The notes under the pieces were generated by a model. The model was not told the origin of the DNA. It ran no database searches and saw only the letters and a program-made list of their open reading frames with translations. A program made the position numbers and the translations under genes. A stretch of 61,744 nucleotides of DNA, the filler included, from Corallochytrium limacisporum Hawaii (lineage: Eukaryota > Protista > Pluriformea), in assembly GCA_002811645.1 (NCBI GenBank). It is 4 parts of 4 records of this genome, joined end to end, with 100 filler letters (N's around TTAATTAATTAA, not from the genome) between each part and the next. Parts side by side here need not be neighbours in the genome. Positions count along the whole stretch, not along the records: positions 43,776 to 53,695 come from PDIP01000075.1; positions 53,796 to 61,744 come from PDIP01000094.1; 2 more parts are not named here. One strand, 5' to 3'. Shown here in pieces: positions 43,776 through 54,844 of this stretch (the stretch's first letter is position 1; each line of letters begins with the position of its first letter).

Positions 43776-45498
43776 ACGCTTGGGCTAACAATCACGAATT
43801 GTGCAAATTTTTGTTGAACACCGGTTTTTCGAAATTCTGCACTTTTTTATTGAACAGAGGTTGGTACTATCCAACTGCTCCACCCACGTTTCAACAAACC
43901 CCCAAATCACCTTAGCTCCAATGGGGTGGCCATGGAGTGGATCGGTGGTGGTTTGGAGCGTGCTTTCGGGGACACACTGCCACCAATTTGTTATGAGTAT
44001 TTCACGAAATTTGTGTTGGGGAAACCGTTTCACCGACAGCCCGCCCCGGCCCACTCGCGACTGCGGGCAGGCGCAAGGCGTCAAGAGAGAGCGCCCCCAA
44101 CTTCGGAGTATTTGAACAGTTCAGCGAACTCCACGGCCCAAGCCTAAGCGTCCCGTTCGTTTGCCCTCCTCCGCGATTTCAGGCCGATGAGCTGTCGCCG
44201 CCAATCCTGGAGCACTGGGTACTGGCCCTATTGTTAGAATGCGAGGGTGAGAGGTGCACTCTCTCATTCCATTTTCTAGCCCAGAGCCCTCGTGTTTGGT
44301 ATCGGCTTCGCAATTTAGCTCTCTCCACTCGGGCGCTATCATGGCCGGCCATCTGTCGCTCACCCTTCATCTAACAACTGTCATTCCCGTGTGTATTCGA
44401 AAAAGCTAAAACACTGTTATCGTCAATTTCAGCCGTTTCAATATTTCTTTCGTTATGTCACTATACACTTCATACCTAACCGCCACATTCGCCAAATGCA
44501 TGGCAAATTATGTTGCGACCTCCTGGAGTGCGGAGGAGTATTGGTTCCGGAGAGGAGAGCAGGAGGATGAGGGTGAACAGAACGGGGCACAAATGGAAAC
44601 AATGCTGGAACTCTTTATATAAAAGTACTTCCCATTTCGGTAAACACAGACACCACATACATACGATAACTTGTCTATCACACTATCCGATCTCGGGGAC
44701 CGCGCTCGCATGCCTGTCTTCAACAGCACATGCATGCCATTCCTTTTGCAGTCGAATGACATCTCAGCATGTTACGTGTTCTGTCGAAAGAGGAAAATAC
44801 AGAGGACCCGAGGTATGCGAAGATGCCGCTCCCTTTAACGCGCTCAACGAGCCCCGCTTGGCCATGGCCTTTGACGATGAGGTTCCTGCGAACTTTGTAT
44901 AAGCTCAAAGGTTACTTCTGGATCTCGCTCTACCGCAACACGGTGCTTTTAGGCACACAGGTAACCCACACAGATCTCAGGCGGAACAAGTGAAAGCTGA
45001 GCAAAGCCTGTGTGTTGGATTAAATCAATTAATTAGGTTATTAGGGCTCTAAGTCATATGGCGGAGAGTGGAGTATCGGCAGGGCTGCACCTTCGCTGTT
45101 GGCGGTCTTGAGGCTTGGAAGGCGGGGGGTAGAAACTGAAGGGTTCGACGGCGGGGCACGTTATCGGATCGTTGCCTGAAAGTGTGTGTTTTCTTGACTT
45201 TAGTTTGTTCCTTTCTCTGTCGAAGCCTATGCAATTCGAGCACTGTAAAGGCTTCATATTGCCAAGGTCACGAGAGATCAAAAGAAAACATGCTATTTGT
45301 TGAATGTGATACTCACCTAGAATAATCTACAGCCTACAGTTTTACGAACAGCACACCACACCGGTTCGACAGATGTGTAGAATACGTTGAAATGTGAACC
45401 AAGGGTTAGAAGAAGTAGTGGACTTAGATATGAAACGTTCATAATGTAAGCGTCTGGTAGCAACGCTGTGAATGTATAACTTAGCAGTAGCATAGAAC

Positions 45499-48090
45499 AT
45501 GGTGGACGGCGACGCACCGAAGCGTCCCAAGCTCAAGCTGGGCGTGAGGAGGCCCCCAGCACTCACATCGGCACCACCACCGTCAGATGAGGCACCGCCT
45601 CGGCCAAAACTGAAGCTTGGAGGGCCGAAATTAAAACTGACGGTCGGGGGTCGAGGCAGCGCCAGCAGTGTCGGCAGTGGCGATGGGTCTGCTACTGTAC
45701 AACCACCCGTGCCGCCCGTGCCCGCAGTGCACCCTGCATCCATGGACGACGACGATGATGACGACGAGGTGATCACCCGTCGAAAGCCAAAGCTCAAAAT
45801 CAGTGCGCCACAGGCTAGTTTGGCTCCCCGCCAGGGCCGAAAACAGCCAGTATCTGAAGATGATTACGACAATGACAGCGACGATGCAATGGAAGAGGTC
45901 GACGACACCGATGGTGAGGGCACGACACCCGGCGGGAGCAGCGGGCTGAAACTGTCCCGCCGCAACACCAACGAGACAGACGTCTGGGAGGACATGGACG
46001 AGGAAGAAGAGGACGACGAAGAAGAGGACTATCGGCCGTCGAGCAGTGCCAAGTCAAAGGCACTGAAGGCGAAGAAACCGAAATTGAAGCTCAAGGTTTC
46101 CTCACATCCACCATCCTCGGGCCCCCCATCGGCGATTGCCTCTCCGGCACCGAGCGCAACTGGAGGAGATGAGACCAGTGCTGCAGCCGCAGCTGTGCCA
46201 GATGCGAAACCAAAGCGCAAGCGTGCTCCGCGCAAGAAGCCCGGTGAGGCTGCTCCTGGCGTCCCAGAGCCGCCCCCAACGGGTGAGAAACTCGTAGCAA
46301 AGTACGTAGAGATGCTAGCCATGCCGGAAGATGCAGAGCAGCACTTTGTGCTCAAATTGCCGCCGGATATTGCGCGAGAGATCAACATGTTCGTGAATCC
46401 GAAGAATGCAAAGGAACGCGATCTAGCTAAGACAAAGCGGTTCGAAATTCGCCAGCTTGGTCCCAACAGTCGCCATGCAGATGTGTACTGGGGTGAAAAG
46501 ACCGTGCTTAAAGGCGTTTTCAAGGATCTCCCTACAGTAACAGAACTGGGAAAGACAATCGATCGCGTTGACTATTATAAGATTGGCGAGATTGGCCAGG
46601 TCCTAGATTGCACCATCGACCAAAGAGAAGCGACTCGACTGCGCGAACTCGGCGAGGACTTTCCCCTCTGTTACGAGCATCTGGACACTGGGGTTGTGCC
46701 CTTACAGACGCCGCAAAAGTTTAAGGCTCCCGACGGGCTGACGCCTCCCATGACTGATGTCGAACGAACGAGATTCCGTAAGGAGGAACCAATATCCATC
46801 ACAGGATCTGCAATGGCAGATGCCGAGGTTAGGCGACTGCTGCAGGCCGACGCGCTGGCGGACGCCTGGAACTTTGCTGTCCTAGAACAGAATGAAAAGC
46901 ATGCGCCGGACGACTTGGATGTGGAGCGTGGTGATCTCACAGGAGGTTACCTCACTGAAGAGGAACAGCGGGCCAAGGATGCGGCTGATGCGGCACGGGA
47001 GATTGCGGACAGCGACAGCGCTGGTGCTAAAGTTCCTACACCACACGGAGCTCAGATTGTACCGGCTGAGGAGGCTGAGGCCGACGCTACAGAGGGCGAG
47101 GACGAAGGAGCCGTTAGCGCTGTAGGTGGACCGTCGACGCAGCCTTCATCTCGCGAATCTTCGGTCCCGCCGCTCGATCGCAGTACTGCTCAGAGCGAGG
47201 CGGACGAAGAATTGGCCACCAGCACTGCCGCAACACCTGCCGAATTGGCCGTTCCACTGCAGCCTATGGCTGCGGACTCCACTGCACCATCCGAGGTCGG
47301 CACTGCTGAGTTTGAGGATGAGGACGAGGAAGCCGAGGACGAGGACGAGTCGGAAGCACCGGAAGAGTCCCCTGAGGTCAAGGCGGCGCGACAGCGGTTG
47401 GCGTCATTGAAGTCCGAGTTTGATGAGGCTACGCGCACCGTCCTGCGTACCAACGATCAGCGCAAGAGGACGCCGAATCCAGCTGTACGCAAGCGAATCC
47501 AAGCACAGCTCGTGCAGCAGCAAACACAGCGCAAGAAGCTGCAGGCGACCATCGCTCAGGTAGAGCGCGATATTGAACTCATGCTTGCCGGCCCAGGACA
47601 GTCAGCGGAGGCGTCAGCGGAGGCGTCAGCGGAGGCGTCAGCGGAGGCGTCAGCGGAGGCGTCAGCGGAGGCGTCAGCGGAGGCGTCANNNNNNNNNNNN
47701 NNNNNNNNNNNNNNNNNNNNNNNNNNNNNNNNNNNNNNNNNNNNNNNNNNNNNNNNNNNGGCGTCAGCGGAGGCGTCAGCGGAGGCGTCAGCGGAGGCGT
47801 CAGCGGAGGCGTCAGCGGAGGCGTCAGCGGAGGCGTCAGCGGAAGGGTCAGCGGCAGATGCAGCGCCTGCAGCTTCTACGGCACCATCTGAGGAAGAGCT
47901 GCCGCAACAACCACCGTCGGAGCATCCTCCTGTATCGTCGTCGTCCGCAGTGAACGAGAGCACTGCTTCCACTACTCATCAACGTCCACAGACTCAGACA
48001 CCACCCTCCAGCGGTGCGATTGACGTTGACGGTGACGCGACATCCTCCGCTCAGCCCCCCGGAGAAGGCGGCGATGGGGGATCGCAATGA
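45499..48090 (+). CDS. TAF7: TFIID subunit 7 (TAFII55 N-terminal domain) with long disordered extensions
   Basis: EQHFVLKLPP, DLPTVTELGKTIDRVDYYKIGEIGQVL, GLTPPM..RFRK and a C-terminal coiled coil with NPAVRKRI. Contains an N gap. Confidence 0.85.
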   Translation: MVDGDAPKRPKLKLGVRRPPALTSAPPPSDEAPPRPKLKLGGPKLKLTVGGRGSASSVGSGDGSATVQPPVPPVPAVHPASMDDDDDDDEVITRRKPKLKISAPQASLAPRQGRKQPVSEDDYDNDSDDAMEEVDDTDGEGTTPGGSSGLKLSRRNTNETDVWEDMDEEEEDDEEEDYRPSSSAKSKALKAKKPKLKLKVSSHPPSSGPPSAIASPAPSATGGDETSAAAAAVPDAKPKRKRAPRKKPGEAAPGVPEPPPTGEKLVAKYVEMLAMPEDAEQHFVLKLPPDIAREINMFVNPKNAKERDLAKTKRFEIRQLGPNSRHADVYWGEKTVLKGVFKDLPTVTELGKTIDRVDYYKIGEIGQVLDCTIDQREATRLRELGEDFPLCYEHLDTGVVPLQTPQKFKAPDGLTPPMTDVERTRFRKEEPISITGSAMADAEVRRLLQADALADAWNFAVLEQNEKHAPDDLDVERGDLTGGYLTEEEQRAKDAADAAREIADSDSAGAKVPTPHGAQIVPAEEAEADATEGEDEGAVSAVGGPSTQPSSRESSVPPLDRSTAQSEADEELATSTAATPAELAVPLQPMAADSTAPSEVGTAEFEDEDEEAEDEDESEAPEESPEVKAARQRLASLKSEFDEATRTVLRTNDQRKRTPNPAVRKRIQAQLVQQQTQRKKLQATIAQVERDIELMLAGPGQSAEASAEASAEASAEASAEASAEASAEASXXXXXXXXXXXXXXXXXXXXXXXXASAEASAEASAEASAEASAEASAEASAEGSAADAAPAASTAPSEEELPQQPPSEHPPVSSSSAVNESTASTTHQRPQTQTPPSSGAIDVDGDATSSAQPPGEGGDGGSQ
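47601..47854 (+). repeat. Coding 12-bp tandem repeat (GCGTCAGCGGAG)n encoding (ASAE)n, spanning a gap
   Basis: About 7 perfect units on each side of the N-run at 47689-47759. Confidence 0.92.
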
Positions 48091-48343
48091 AAAACCGTGT
48101 ACATATTCAAGCGTAAACACAATATAGAGATAAGGTTGGTCCTGATTGATCGCTGATTGATCACCATTGTTGACAATTACGTGTATTTGATCAGAGGTTA
48201 TAGAAAACTACCGGCCCGCTGAATGATGACCAGCTCAGGGCCACGGAAATAGTGTTTCGATAGACTGTGTCACGGAGAAGGTTGAGCAAAACGTTGGCGA
48301 ACAACGGTTTCCTTCACCTTTTGGAAATTTGTTCAGAATCGTC

Positions 48344-48865
48344 TCAGTCCTTCTTCGCCTCCTCCGCTGCCTTCTTTGCCTCTTCAGCAGCCTTAGCGGC
48401 CTCTGCCGCCTTGGCCTTCGCTATTTCCTCGTCCTGCTCTTTCTGAATTTGTTTTGCAAACTCCCGGACATCAAACTCAACACCAGATTCTTTATCAATG
48501 CGCTCCTTCGCCCGAACGACCTTGGACTGCAGATACAGCGATCCGCCCTTCGACCGGTCGTTGACCCTGAATAAGTGGTCAAAATTCTTGTTGATAATCT
48601 CCTGGTTCGAGTTCACTTCCACATTCAGGATCTTGCGCGCCTCCATCAGAGACATACCGTTGACCACGTCTGCATTCGCAGCCTTTGCCCCCGCTTCTTT
48701 GGCACCAGCCTCCTTTGCGGCGTTGGCGGCCTGTTGTGCGCCGTTGCGGCCTGCCGCAGCGTTGCGAGCGCCCTGTGCTGCAGCCTGGCGGTAGGCATCA
48801 ACAAATGCCCGGGTGATGATCTGTGATCCCATAACAATGAGCTGGGCAATGATACGTCCGGCCAT
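48344..48865 (-). CDS. PAM16: Mitochondrial import motor subunit Pam16/Tim16
   Basis: [36 protein letters not shown] and [27 protein letters not shown]. Confidence 0.95.
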   Translation of the reverse strand: MAGRIIAQLIVMGSQIITRAFVDAYRQAAAQGARNAAAGRNGAQQAANAAKEAGAKEAGAKAANADVVNGMSLMEARKILNVEVNSNQEIINKNFDHLFRVNDRSKGGSLYLQSKVVRAKERIDKESGVEFDVREFAKQIQKEQDEEIAKAKAAEAAKAAEEAKKAAEEAKKD

Positions 48866-49803
48866 TTTGTCTTACGCTAAAAAGAAAAGGGAATTTGTGG
48901 TCGAACAGCTTTTTTTTGACTAAATGAGCTCTGGGAAAGAACCTCAATATGTAGATGTACTAATGAAATCCCGCCGGTTTAGCAAACGAGTCTGCTAAAC
49001 CTTTGTTCTTTAAATCTGACTTCACTTACCCCGTTCAGCAAATTCAGTTCGTTCTATCAGCCTCCCTGAGTATGGCACTCCCGACTGTGATCATTTGACT
49101 TTGCGTACCACGCGCCCTGTGTAAAACTTGTTGGTACTCGCAATCTCTCCACCAAATACCAGGTCTCAAGCAAACATGTGTGATAACGCAACCCACTCGG
49201 TCAGGCCAAGACAAGTACACGACAGCATTGCTTGCACAACAAAAGGGAACGAGACTGTCCATTGAAGAACTCATTACAGCACGGGGGAGAGATGGCCGCT
49301 CTCGCTCTCACATGACTCCTCCGGGACACACTCTCCCAGGGCGAGATTTTCGGGATGCCAAGTGCCAACGGGGCGGTCCCCGGGAGAGGAGAAGGGGGGG
49401 GGGGGGGACCTCACTCTGAACACGCGGGTCTCAAGGGCCGGCACTTCCGTCAGTGAGAACGGCGGGTGAGAAGCCTGGGGAATGGGAAGAGCCGCTGGTG
49501 AGGGGGGCCGGCTGGTGGCCGTAGTGGGGCAATTGGAATGTGAAAACGTCCGTATATGAATAGAGCTCCAGGGCCGTGGGGTTGTAAAATCGAGATCAGT
49601 GGGGAAACTGGGATAACGAGGGTGAAGGCGATAGGGTGTTGACAATCTGAAGGGATCTAAAGTTGGCTAGTTCTCTTTGATAACCACATGTTTTCATTGT
49701 ACAAGAGGTGTCATGATGAAAGGGAGAATATTATGGAATGCTGTTTGACCCTTGAGGGGATGTCGCTACATTCGAACACCAAGACAATAGCTGTCCGGGT
49801 ATT

Positions 49804-52800
49804 CTAGCTGTAGAAAGCAACTGGGTTGCCGGGTGAGATCATGTCTCGGGTCTTCTCATCCGTGACCGTGTCGGCGTCCAAGAACTCGACTTCGAGACCG
49901 CCGAGCTGCTCGGTAATGTAGCTCTTCATGAAGCCCAGGACATCGAACTCGTCGAACGTCAAGACCAAGTCCATGGCCTTGGGACCCATCTCGCCCTGTA
50001 CCAGACCGCGGATGTAGGCTACGAAGGGCATGGCCTTCTTCATGTGCTTCTTGACCTCATCGCTCTCTTTTATGTGAGGCAGCACGCTCTTGGGATCAGG
50101 GAAAGTGTTACCATTCTCAGAGTACATCTTCTTAATCACAGTGAGGGTAGTCTGCTGCCATGCCGGGTACGTCTTAGCAACGTAGATTGTGGCCTTTGTA
50201 AAAGGCTTGCTGTCCTTCTTCTTGGCGGCCTGCTTCTGCTGCGTGTCCAGGCGCTTGCGGAAGGCATGCATAGCGTTCTCAAAGTACGTCTGTTTGTCCA
50301 TTGCCACGTTATCAATCTCGCCCGCGATTGGGAAGCCACTAGTCAGGACACTGCCCTTCTCCCCAAGTAGTTCGCGCCAGATGTACTCGGAGTAGTGCGT
50401 CGTGATCGGCGCCAGGAGTTGGACCTGCAGGCGAATGAACTTCTTGACGAGATCCTGGTGCATGCCATCAGTTGACAGCTCGCGGTAGGTGTCACGGGCA
50501 ATCTGAAGGTCGTAGAAACCGGCTTTCAGGGCTTCACGGAAGTTCATGTGCTCGTACGCCTCGTCAGTACGTTTGATGCAGTCATTCATACGCGCATCAA
50601 AGGCACGGTCAAGAAAATCGTTCATGGGACCCGTACGGTAGCTGTCCATTTCCTTGAGAGCTTGCTGGATGAACTCAAGTTGGCCGTACAGACGCAGAAT
50701 TCCAGAGTTGGCAGTCTCGGAGTTGAAATTGGCGTCGTCCATACCATCACCAGCATCGGCAAGGGCAAAACGAGTGCCGTCCGCACCGTACTGTTCAAGG
50801 GCCTGGTACAGAGTCATGAAGTTGCCTGTGGACTTGCTCATCTTCGCACTGTTGATGAGAAGATGGCCATTGCATCGCATGCCAAGCGGCCAGTACTCGC
50901 GCGGGAACATGGCGACGTGGTTGTAGATAGCAAAGCTTAAGTGGTTCTGGATCAGATCCTTACCACTGCAACGCAGGTTCATTGGGTACCAGTACTGGAA
51001 GCTCTCCCGCATCTTTCTGGCGCTCTCCGGGTTGATGTTGGAAGGAAGAGTGTCCGAACGGCAGTATATGTAGTCCCATACGTCCTTGGTCATGTCCTCG
51101 GGCTTCAGACCAAGGGGACCGGGTTTGGATCCGTCAAGGCTGCCCTGGTGCAGGTAGTGGCTCACGGTATAGTAGGCCATGTAAATGGTGGAATCGGAGA
51201 GGGACTCCACCAGATAGATAGGATCCCACGGGATCTTGGTGCCGAGACCGTAGCTGCGACTGCAGGCCCACTGGTGGAGCCAGTCGATGGTGGCGTTGAA
51301 CGCGTGACGCACATCCTCGTTGTAGAGAGCCATGGTCTCCAGGCATTCGCGTACCTTGCTCTTCCACTCCTCGTCGCCATAGTCCATGAACCATTGGTCA
51401 CACAGGGCCACCACACATTCGTCGCCCGACCGGCTCATAACCTCACGCTCCGGTTCGCTGTAGAGAATGGCAAAGCCATGCTTGACAATATCGTCCTTGA
51501 TCTTGGGCTTGGCCACCTCGACCTTCTCTCCCTTGTACTTACCCACCAGCATGGTACCGTCGTAGAAACCCTTCATATACGTCATTTCCTTGGCCTGAGC
51601 CAGCTTGTCAGTGTCATTCTGGCTCTGGATCTTGAGCTGTTCGACTACAGTCACAGCAGACGTGTCGCCGAACTCTGGAATGTTGAGCACACGAAGTACT
51701 TCGAATGGCAGGACCATCTCGTCGGTAATTCCGTACTTCTCACGGAAGGGCTGCTTCTTCTTCAGATCGCGCAGGGCGGCAAAATCGTCCGGAGAATCGG
51801 AAGGCACCGACGTGACAATGCCAGTACCCTTATTGGGCTTGATGGTCAACATGGGCAGGGTGTATACCTTCTCATACGAGGTGTACGGTGCTTTGAGGGG
51901 GATGCCCATAATATCCTGGCCGGTGACCTTCTTGATAATCTTGACCTTGCCAAACTCGGGGCTCAGATCTTGGAAGGCAGCGTTGCGGGCCGCACGGTAT
52001 GTGGACACAAACAAATCACCTGTCTTGGTTTCCCACACACAAAGATCCATGTCTGGGCGCACCCAACAGTTGGTCTGACCGTACATGGTCTCCGGCCTCA
52101 ATGTGCCTGCCACGAGGAAGACCTTCTTGTTACCGCCCTCAAGCTCCTTCAGGGCTTCTGGGTAGGGTTTAACTACCTCCATCTTGATCAAGACGTACTC
52201 CTGAGCATCAGCACCTTCACCGCTTGCTCGATCGTGGTCCATACACGGCTGTCCATCCTTAGGAGAGTAGATGGTGTTACGCTTGCCGAACTTAATGTAT
52301 CCCTGCTCTTTCAATGTGTTCATCTGCCAGCGCACGAACGAGTCGTAGTAAGGATTGGCGTCCGTGGTCACAAAACTACGGCGCCAGTCCACCTTCAGAC
52401 CGAAAGCCTGAAGATCACTAATGGCGTTAGGCGGAAAGTACTTTGCCCAGTAGTAGGGATCCGCAAACGAGGGAATCTCTCCCTCGGTGAGGCCCATGCT
52501 CTTCATAATGTTCCACTGGCGGGTCTCACCGCCAGTCTTGGCGGCAACCTTCGAATGATGCTTCTTGGCTTGCTTCAGAGGGTCCACTGGTCCCTCGTCC
52601 TCCTCCTTCTTCTCCTCCACGACCTTGGTGAAATCAGGGGGGTTGCCGTACACCTCCATCTCCCGCTCCAGCTTGTCAGCGCACGCTTTAATCGGCATGC
52701 CAGTCAAGTGGAACCCAAAAGGAAACAGGGCTTTCCGGCCCTTCATGAGCTCGTATCCCACTGCAAACTCGGCCTTTGACAGACTAAATGAGTGACCCAA

Positions 52801-52992
52801 GTGCAGACGACCGTTCATGTACGGGAAGGGGAATGTCACCATGAACTTGTTCTTCTGTTTGTATTCATCAGAGTCCGGGCTCGGATTATCGTGTTCGAAG
52901 CACTTGGTCTCGTCCCAGTACTTATTGGAGACGGCCTCCATGCGCCGAAGCTCACCGAGCTTTGCGCCACCCTTGCGCTCAGTAGTAGCCAT
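49804..52992 (-). CDS. LARS1: Cytosolic leucyl-tRNA synthetase
   Basis: FPFPYMNGRLHLGH, TLRPETMYGQTN, GTGIVTSVPSDSPDD (CP1 editing domain) and KMSKSTGNF. Eukaryotic/archaeal type, 1062 aa, no intron. Confidence 0.98.
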   Translation of the reverse strand: MATTERKGGAKLGELRRMEAVSNKYWDETKCFEHDNPSPDSDEYKQKNKFMVTFPFPYMNGRLHLGHSFSLSKAEFAVGYELMKGRKALFPFGFHLTGMPIKACADKLEREMEVYGNPPDFTKVVEEKKEEDEGPVDPLKQAKKHHSKVAAKTGGETRQWNIMKSMGLTEGEIPSFADPYYWAKYFPPNAISDLQAFGLKVDWRRSFVTTDANPYYDSFVRWQMNTLKEQGYIKFGKRNTIYSPKDGQPCMDHDRASGEGADAQEYVLIKMEVVKPYPEALKELEGGNKKVFLVAGTLRPETMYGQTNCWVRPDMDLCVWETKTGDLFVSTYRAARNAAFQDLSPEFGKVKIIKKVTGQDIMGIPLKAPYTSYEKVYTLPMLTIKPNKGTGIVTSVPSDSPDDFAALRDLKKKQPFREKYGITDEMVLPFEVLRVLNIPEFGDTSAVTVVEQLKIQSQNDTDKLAQAKEMTYMKGFYDGTMLVGKYKGEKVEVAKPKIKDDIVKHGFAILYSEPEREVMSRSGDECVVALCDQWFMDYGDEEWKSKVRECLETMALYNEDVRHAFNATIDWLHQWACSRSYGLGTKIPWDPIYLVESLSDSTIYMAYYTVSHYLHQGSLDGSKPGPLGLKPEDMTKDVWDYIYCRSDTLPSNINPESARKMRESFQYWYPMNLRCSGKDLIQNHLSFAIYNHVAMFPREYWPLGMRCNGHLLINSAKMSKSTGNFMTLYQALEQYGADGTRFALADAGDGMDDANFNSETANSGILRLYGQLEFIQQALKEMDSYRTGPMNDFLDRAFDARMNDCIKRTDEAYEHMNFREALKAGFYDLQIARDTYRELSTDGMHQDLVKKFIRLQVQLLAPITTHYSEYIWRELLGEKGSVLTSGFPIAGEIDNVAMDKQTYFENAMHAFRKRLDTQQKQAAKKKDSKPFTKATIYVAKTYPAWQQTTLTVIKKMYSENGNTFPDPKSVLPHIKESDEVKKHMKKAMPFVAYIRGLVQGEMGPKAMDLVLTFDEFDVLGFMKSYITEQLGGLEVEFLDADTVTDEKTRDMISPGNPVAFYS

Positions 52993-53328
52993 GACTGTTG
53001 TCGAAATAACACAAGTCTTTCTGTGTGCTCTTGGTTTTTGCTGACAGAAAGAATTTATACGTTATGGCTGAGAATTGAGTTCCATCGTGAACTTGTCAAC
53101 GAAAAGCGAGATCTCTTAACAAGCTTCGGACCTGAGGAGGCAAGTGAGCTATTACCAAGAACTGGTAATCCTCAGGTCCAAACAAAGCATTGTTTGCAGT
53201 GCGCTCATTGCCCCCGTCCCCATCGGTGCCAGCGCAGATGGGCAGCAGGAAATCAAGTGAACGGTGTGGAGGGAGTAAGCTGATCACGAAGTCAAAACAG
53301 CGGCCCCTATGCTCTGCTCTCTGTCACA

Positions 53329-53335
53329 CTCTCTT

Positions 53336-53381
<46 letters not shown>
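53329..53381. repeat. (CT)n microsatellite
   Basis: Direct inspection. Confidence 0.9.
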
Positions 53382-53382
<1 letters not shown>

Positions 53383-53695
53383 ATTAGCCAAGGCTGGCCC
53401 TGTTTCTGGCTCACACTGGTGCAGACCCGGGGGTTGTCGGTGTGTGTATACCACCCTCTGTCTCCTAAGTATGAGACAAATCGCACGAAAACGAGAACCC
53501 CGATCACTCTTTTTAATCATGATTGAGTAATATATATTTTGATTATTATCATTATTATTAAATATCATTATACACCAAATCAATTTCAAATATTTCGTTT
53601 ACGGATTGAATAAACACTTAAGTGTACTTCAAAAAATTGAGCCTTTTCACATTAACTTGACATCGAAGATCTCGTAGTCGTCGAAAAATTTTTTT

Positions 53696-53795
53696 NNNNN
53701 NNNNNNNNNNNNNNNNNNNNNNNNNNNNNNNNNNNNNNNTTAATTAATTAANNNNNNNNNNNNNNNNNNNNNNNNNNNNNNNNNNNNNNNNNNNN
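53696..53795. other. Artificial contig linker
   Basis: N44-TTAATTAATTAA-N44. Confidence 0.97.
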
Positions 53796-54460
53796 TAAAT
53801 AATCATATAAATCACGATCCGGTATATATTTTCGAACGAAAATTTTGGTTGGATACGGAGTATACATTCAACTCAGAGGATAGTATCATTAATCTATTTT
53901 TCCATTTCATCTACCCTGGAAAGTCCGAAAGTCGGGGCGAGTCACAAACTTGGGTGGCGGAACAGGACCAAACGATTGAGCAGTTTCCGGATATTGAGAG
54001 GGGTTCGGGTTTTTGTAGATGTACTGGAGGGGGGAGGAGAACTCCCTCCCCCTCCCTCAGGTGGGGCGCGAGCAACGGCCCACCACTACCTTTAGGGCGG
54101 TCTAGTGGCTGCGCAGGGCCGCCTTCACAGAATCTGTGGTAGAATAAGGAACAAAGAACAGGTTAATAGGGCATCGATATAGAGGGTCTTCGGTATTCCT
54201 GATTGTTGGTCACATACCATGATGTTTGATGCTTAAATACCCAGTGCCCGTATCCGCTTCGTCTTGTGCCGATGGACATTATTCCATAGTGCTCTGTAAT
54301 CCTGGGCGTACTTTACTCTTCATAGTATGAATGCGTGACAGGTAATAGCCCCTGTGACTATTCGAAATCATCTTCTGCTTTCTTTAACATATGTTTTTAG
54401 TAATCATATTGTGTACCTCAGATGAAAGACAAATCTAACAACTCTAGCAAGTATATCTGC

Positions 54461-54844
54461 CTACGCTCCGAGGACTGTATCGTCAACGTTAACTTTGTTA
54501 GCCGACTTAGACAGAGCAGTACACAAAACGATGACAGCCACAATGCCCAATAGTGCAAATACAGCACATAGCATCATTTTAGTTGACCATGGTCTCTGTC
54601 GAGGGCTCCGTGTAGTCCGAGAGTAAGGGGGAGGCAAAGCATCTGCATCTTTCACAACGTCAACGTATGTCGGTGGCTTTTCACCATTCTCGTACATAGG
54701 TGGTGCTTCCTTGAGATCATCTGTATGGTCAAGGTCTATAGACTCATGATAGCTTCTTTGAATGGTTAAATTTCCATATGTGTCCACATTATTTGCAAGC
54801 ACCACCTTAGGTGGTATGCATACAGACGGGTCTGGATTTTCCAT
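54461..54844 (-). CDS. Small single-pass membrane protein with three PPxY motifs
   Basis: PPMY, PPTY and PPPY followed by the hydrophobic helix MMLCAVFALLGIVAVIVLCTAL. gccATGG start context. Confidence 0.65.
   Translation of the reverse strand: MENPDPSVCIPPKVVLANNVDTYGNLTIQRSYHESIDLDHTDDLKEAPPMYENGEKPPTYVDVVKDADALPPPYSRTTRSPRQRPWSTKMMLCAVFALLGIVAVIVLCTALSKSANKVNVDDTVLGA

Noticed and set aside
50941-52779. 612-aa ORF antisense to LARS (also 4122-4817, 10452-11306, 25709-26521)
   Set aside because: Shadow ORFs caused by strong codon bias of the real gene on the other strand. No motifs.
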